NCBI GenBank assembly: GCA_049516875.1
Contig: JBEKSS010000010.1
Span: 32,001 to 96,000 of the forward strand
Length of the DNA: 64,000 nucleotides
Direction: 5' to 3'
From: Candidatus Bathyarchaeia archaeon
GTDB taxonomy: Archaea; Thermoproteota; Bathyarchaeia; Bathyarchaeales; Bathycorpusculaceae
Shown: one piece after another, positions 59,907 to 64,000 of the stretch
Position numbering within the stretch: the stretch's first letter is position 1
How the letters are laid out: every line of letters begins with the position of its first letter
Translations under genes and position numbers: made by a program
Notes under the pieces: generated by a model
The model's database searches: none
What the model was told of the DNA's origin: nothing
The model's input: only the letters and a program-made list of their open reading frames with translations

Positions 59907-62900
59907 TTGTCGAAGGCATCAAGTGTGGAAGAAACTCTGCATCAGGCTGAAGAACTGGAAAAAGAGTACGATTGGTGTGGAGCTGCCAAGTGCTATGAGA
60001 AAGCGATAGGCTTGATGTCTGCCGAAGACTTCTCAAGGATGAGCGAGACTCAGGAGCGGTTGGGTTATGCGTTCTATCGTGCCGCCTTTCAAGTTGAAAG
60101 CAATAATGAGTTTATGGAAAGGATGCGTCAGGCTGTCGCAGCTTATGAGAATGCCAGAAAATTCTATGGAAGATTGAATGGGTTGGTAAAGACGCCCAGA
60201 ATATTGCGTTGCAATGCGATGACCGCCTACATGAGTTATTGGCTTGCATCCGAAGTGCCTGAGAAGAAGAGGCTGATCAACGAGTGTTGGAGACTGACGA
60301 AGGAGTCACTAAAGACCTTCGAGGAAGCTGGCGCCACTTTGGAATATGGAAAAACGTACAACCAACTTTCAGCGAGCGCTTGTTTTGGATTCTTCTTTGA
60401 ACGAGATCTTCAACCCCGAGAAAAAGTCGTGAAAGAGGCTATAGAACGAGGAGAAAGGGCAATCCAGTTCCTTTCCAAGTTAGAGGACTCTCATGAACTT
60501 GCGAAAGCTCTTGTCAGGACGGCTGGTTTCCTTGAACTGTTTGGCTACTATTTCCTTGACTCAGATGAGCGGGAGAGGTATTCTGAAAGAGCCAAAAGCT
60601 GCTGGCAGAGAGCCAAAGAACTTTCTGAAATGACAGCCATGATTGAATTATTGTGTATTCTGGCGCCGCTTGGTCTGAGTTGGGGTGTTGGTACAGATGA
60701 GACTTTGACGATTTTTCACAAAGCGTTAGAGTACGCTAGCAAAACGAAAGACAGGTTCATCGTTGGGTGCGCGCTTGAGTGGCTATCACTTAATACTTTT
60801 TGGAAGACTAGTCTTAGTGAAGATCCAGATGAACGGATGGAACTCGGAAAGAGGGCTTTACAGTATGCTGAAGACGCGAAACGTCACTATTCTTTAGTTT
60901 CTTTCATAAGTCCACTTGGTGATGTGCTCTGGGTAGAGGCACCTTACACTGAGTACTATTGGGCATCGGCCGGGGCGGAGACGAATCTGGCCAAGAGACG
61001 ACAACTTTTGGAAAAAGCACTCGAGACCGCCCCTGACACGTTGAGGCGAGCTGAAAATTCTGGAATCCCACAAAACATGCTTTATGCGCATCATGTATTC
61101 GCCAAAGTACTGGCATCTTTGGCCCTAACGGAAACTGACTCCGATGAGAAAAAAAGGCTCTTGGAAAAAGCTCTAATGCACAGGAAGGAATCTATTGAAT
61201 TCACCGAATTACTCGGACCGTTCGACTATTGGAATCGGGGGGTTATGCAGAGCTACCTCGCTGAGATAAAATCTGGGCTAGCCGACTTGTCTAAGGACAA
61301 TGAGACGAAAAAGAGCATGTTACAAGAGGCTATACTTGACAAGGAAAACTCCTTGAAACTCTGCATTAAGGGAGTGGCATTCTTTGGAGGAAAAGGCCCA
61401 TCCGCGCAATTGTGGAACATAGCGTTTTGGCAGATTGAATGTGGCACGTGGCTGAAGCGTCTTTATCAGTTAACTCACAACAATGAGGATCTGAGAAATG
61501 CCATAGGAGCCTTTGAGAACGCAGCTGAAACCAGTCAGAAGGCAAAAATGGAAAGCGGTATGGCTTGGTGCTACTGGAAAGCGGCTCAAGCCTATGATGA
61601 TCTGGGCGAGCATCCAGAGGCGGCAAAAAGATTCATCCTTGCCGCGAGCAACTTCAGGAACGCCGCAGACAAGATTCCTCAGTTGAAAGATCTTTACCAC
61701 GACCAGGCCCTCTATATGCAGGCTTGGAGCGAAATCGAAGAAGCAAGACATCATCATGAACGACAAGAATACGCTATGGCAAAAGAGCATTTTCAGAAAG
61801 CTGCCGAACTCCACAAGCCGCTGAAAAAATGGAACTATCTGGTGCCCAACTATTCCGCTTGGGCAAGGGTCGAAAATGCAGAAGAGCTTAGCAGGAAAGA
61901 ACAGAGTGAAGAGGCAATCAAAGCGTTTGAGGACGCAGCAACGCTCTTCGGGGAAACTAGAGACTCGCTGCAAACACAGCTTAGCAAGATTGAGGATACG
62001 GATGAAAAGCAAATGGTCTCCAGCATGATAAAGGCCTCAGGCCTGAGACAGGATTACTGCGACGTCAGGATAGCCCTTGAAGAGGCGAAAATCCTGGACA
62101 AGAAAGGCAACCACTATTCCAGCTCAGAAAAATATGGTTCAGCAGCCGAAGCTTTCGAGAAAATTGGCCAAGCCTTGGAGTCAGAACAGGAGCGAAGGGA
62201 ATTCAGATTTATTATCAATCTCTCTCGGGCTTGGCAGAAAATGACGTTGGCCGAAGCAGAATCGGCACCGGCGCTGTTTTTAGAAGCCTCTCAGCTTTTT
62301 GAGCAGGCGAAGGATTTTAGCCCAAACGAGAAGACGAAAATGCTGGTCTTAGGACACAGCAGATTCTGTAGGGCACTTGAGGCGGGAACGAGATTTGCCG
62401 ACACGGCGGATGCAACGTTGCATGCGACCGCCATCCAGCAACTGGAAAGTGCTGCCAAGTACTATGTGAGGGCGGAATTCCAGAACGCTTCTGAATATGC
62501 CAGAGCTACTAAACTGCTCTTCGATGCTTATCTCTACATGGACAATGCTGGAAAGGAAAGCGACCCTGAGAAGAAAGCCAAACTCTACGTGATGGCCGAG
62601 AAGGTCCTGCAAACGTCAGCCGGCTCATACATGAAAGCAGAGCATCCTGAGAAGATGGAGCAAGTCTCGAAACTGCTGGAAAAGACAAAAGAAGAACGAG
62701 AACTCGCAACTTCACTGACTGAAGTGTTGCACGCTCCGCCGATCCTCTCGACAACGAAGGCTTTCACCATTCCAACCCCGACCAGTGAAGAAGCGGTCGG
62801 CTCAGAAAGGTTTGAAAACGCCGATGTACAAGCAAACCTGATAGTCAGACAAAAGGAACTGAAGATCGGCGAACCCCTCAGCCTAGAAATAGAACTTGTC

Positions 62901-63212
62901 AACGCTGGAAAAGGCCCTGCTCTTCTGATCAAGATCAATGAAGCCATCCCTGAAGGTTTCGAACTGATCGAAAAACCGGAAAATTGCCGAGTAGAAGACA
63001 GCTTCATCAACATGAAGGGAAAACGGCTTGATCCCTTGAAGACTGAAGAGCTGAAACTGATTCTCAAACCGAAGGTTCAGGGCACGTTCACTCTGAAACC
63101 CACGATTTTGTATCTCGATGAGAACGGCAAATACAAGTCTCATGAACCAGAACCGATAAACATAACAGTCAAAGAACTCGGAATCAAGGGCTGGCTCAAA
63201 GGAGAAAGATGA
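59907..63212 (+). CDS. Large TPR/alpha-solenoid protein with C-terminal Ig-like (BatD/CARDB-like) domain
   Basis: About 1100 aa of repeated A..yekA helical units; beta-rich C-terminus (EIELVNAGKGPA, GTFTLKPTILY); likely TTG start at 59907. Confidence 0.8.
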   Translation: MSKASSVEETLHQAEELEKEYDWCGAAKCYEKAIGLMSAEDFSRMSETQERLGYAFYRAAFQVESNNEFMERMRQAVAAYENARKFYGRLNGLVKTPRILRCNAMTAYMSYWLASEVPEKKRLINECWRLTKESLKTFEEAGATLEYGKTYNQLSASACFGFFFERDLQPREKVVKEAIERGERAIQFLSKLEDSHELAKALVRTAGFLELFGYYFLDSDERERYSERAKSCWQRAKELSEMTAMIELLCILAPLGLSWGVGTDETLTIFHKALEYASKTKDRFIVGCALEWLSLNTFWKTSLSEDPDERMELGKRALQYAEDAKRHYSLVSFISPLGDVLWVEAPYTEYYWASAGAETNLAKRRQLLEKALETAPDTLRRAENSGIPQNMLYAHHVFAKVLASLALTETDSDEKKRLLEKALMHRKESIEFTELLGPFDYWNRGVMQSYLAEIKSGLADLSKDNETKKSMLQEAILDKENSLKLCIKGVAFFGGKGPSAQLWNIAFWQIECGTWLKRLYQLTHNNEDLRNAIGAFENAAETSQKAKMESGMAWCYWKAAQAYDDLGEHPEAAKRFILAASNFRNAADKIPQLKDLYHDQALYMQAWSEIEEARHHHERQEYAMAKEHFQKAAELHKPLKKWNYLVPNYSAWARVENAEELSRKEQSEEAIKAFEDAATLFGETRDSLQTQLSKIEDTDEKQMVSSMIKASGLRQDYCDVRIALEEAKILDKKGNHYSSSEKYGSAAEAFEKIGQALESEQERREFRFIINLSRAWQKMTLAEAESAPALFLEASQLFEQAKDFSPNEKTKMLVLGHSRFCRALEAGTRFADTADATLHATAIQQLESAAKYYVRAEFQNASEYARATKLLFDAYLYMDNAGKESDPEKKAKLYVMAEKVLQTSAGSYMKAEHPEKMEQVSKLLEKTKEERELATSLTEVLHAPPILSTTKAFTIPTPTSEEAVGSERFENADVQANLIVRQKELKIGEPLSLEIELVNAGKGPALLIKINEAIPEGFELIEKPENCRVEDSFINMKGKRLDPLKTEELKLILKPKVQGTFTLKPTILYLDENGKYKSHEPEPINITVKELGIKGWLKGER

Positions 63213-63256
63213 CCAAGCAAGGATGTTTTGCCAAATCCTTTGTGCGTGCATGAATA

Positions 63257-63419
63257 GCGCGCGCGAACACTTCTTGAGAAAGCCCAGAGCTATTGTCGAG
63301 AAAAAGGTTATTCAAGAATTCTGCTCATAGTATCTGTGAATAATGCGAATGCCATAGGACTATACAACAAGATGAGTTTCAGAGTAGAACAGATGTACAT
63401 GGGAAAAGTACTAAGCTGA
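63257..63419 (+). pseudogene. C-terminal fragment of a GNAT acetyltransferase
   Basis: ARTLLEKAQSYCREKGYSRILLIVSVNNANAIGLYNKMSF; no start codon, in-frame TGA just upstream, begins at a GCGCGCGCG run. Confidence 0.65.
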
Positions 63420-63623
63420 AAGCACATCAATGAACAGCATAACTCTGCTGACATTTTTCTATGTGTCAAAGTTGCTGTCTGTTAGACTTGAGCTTCTTTT
63501 CTATCTGATATTCTTTTCATGATGCAGTCTTTAATACTAATTCACCTAATCTTATCTTTTGGGTGTCAATGGTGGTTGACATACAGACTGTTTCTGGCGC
63601 GCGTGATGAAGGGGGCAGGCGGA

Positions 63624-64000
63624 TTGGACCTTAGAGGAAAAACGCTTATAGTAACAGGAGCTTCAAGGGGAATAGGCCGAGCTCTAGCTTCAGAACTGGC
63701 TCAAAATGGTGTCAACCTTGTCTTGAACGCCCGAAGCGAAGCACCCCTCGAGGAAGTGGCTATTGCTGCCCGAGGGAAAGGTGTGAACGCATTGACAGTA
63801 GTGGGCGATGCCGCGTTAGCCCGCAACGCCCGGGAGATGGTGAAAGCCGCGGTTGGCATTGGCGAATTCATTGGTTTCATTCACAACGCGGGAACCGCTC
63901 ATCCAGGTCCATTCTTGTACGAACTACCTGAAGCCACGTTCGAGGATGTCTGGCGATCCAACGTGTTAGCTGGTTACCAGATAGTGCGCTTCTCCTATCC
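63624..64000 (+). CDS. Short-chain dehydrogenase/reductase (truncated by window end)
   Basis: LRGKTLIVTGASRGIGRA, LNARS, GDAA and HNAG. Confidence 0.88.
   Translation, partial: MDLRGKTLIVTGASRGIGRALASELAQNGVNLVLNARSEAPLEEVAIAARGKGVNALTVVGDAALARNAREMVKAAVGIGEFIGFIHNAGTAHPGPFLYELPEATFEDVWRSNVLAGYQIVRFSY

Noticed and set aside
50000-64000. Integron cassette array
   Set aside because: Genes are in mixed orientation, with no recognisable attC R''/R' boxes and no integrase.
1-64000. CRISPR arrays, rRNA genes, intact IS elements or provirus
   Set aside because: No regularly spaced repeats, rRNA signatures, transposases or integrases were seen.

Overview
Archaeal chromosomal window, most likely Bathyarchaeia. 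This is inferred from a diphthamide-less EF-2 paralog, PurP, a split GuaA, an intron-containing tRNA, a NosD/PbH1 surface protein, a PEF-CTERM tail and many TTG/GTG starts. Gene order: truncated beta-helix surface protein; purE-purC; purP; kinase; aEF-2p with ogg1; tRNA(CAT). Next is a methylmalonyl-CoA cluster (mutase, 12S/5S/1.3S-type transcarboxylase subunits, BirA, epimerase), then guaAA/AB, a soluble fumarate reductase with a CCG-domain (TfrB-like) subunit, AOR and asnA. An 11-kb minus-strand cluster encodes an RHH-GcvH fusion, a GltD/NfnB-like flavoprotein, an MvhD-like wHTH protein, hdrA, mvhD, hdrC, hdrB, mvhG, mvhA and a maturation protease. A Pat-like ACD-GNAT fusion follows, then an accessory region with Lrp/AsnC genes, nucleotidyltransferases, CopA, PDO, OsmC, an MFS transporter and a large TPR protein. 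Two candidates stand out. (1) A ribbon-helix-helix regulator fused to a glycine-cleavage H-protein domain that has lost its lipoyl-lysine, heading an NADPH-module-extended Hdr/Mvh cluster. (2) A clustered archaeal Wood-Werkman-like succinate/propionate pathway that may be coupled to thiol/heterodisulfide cycling. No CRISPR array, rRNA or intact mobile element was seen. All family calls come from motif recognition by eye, not from database searches.
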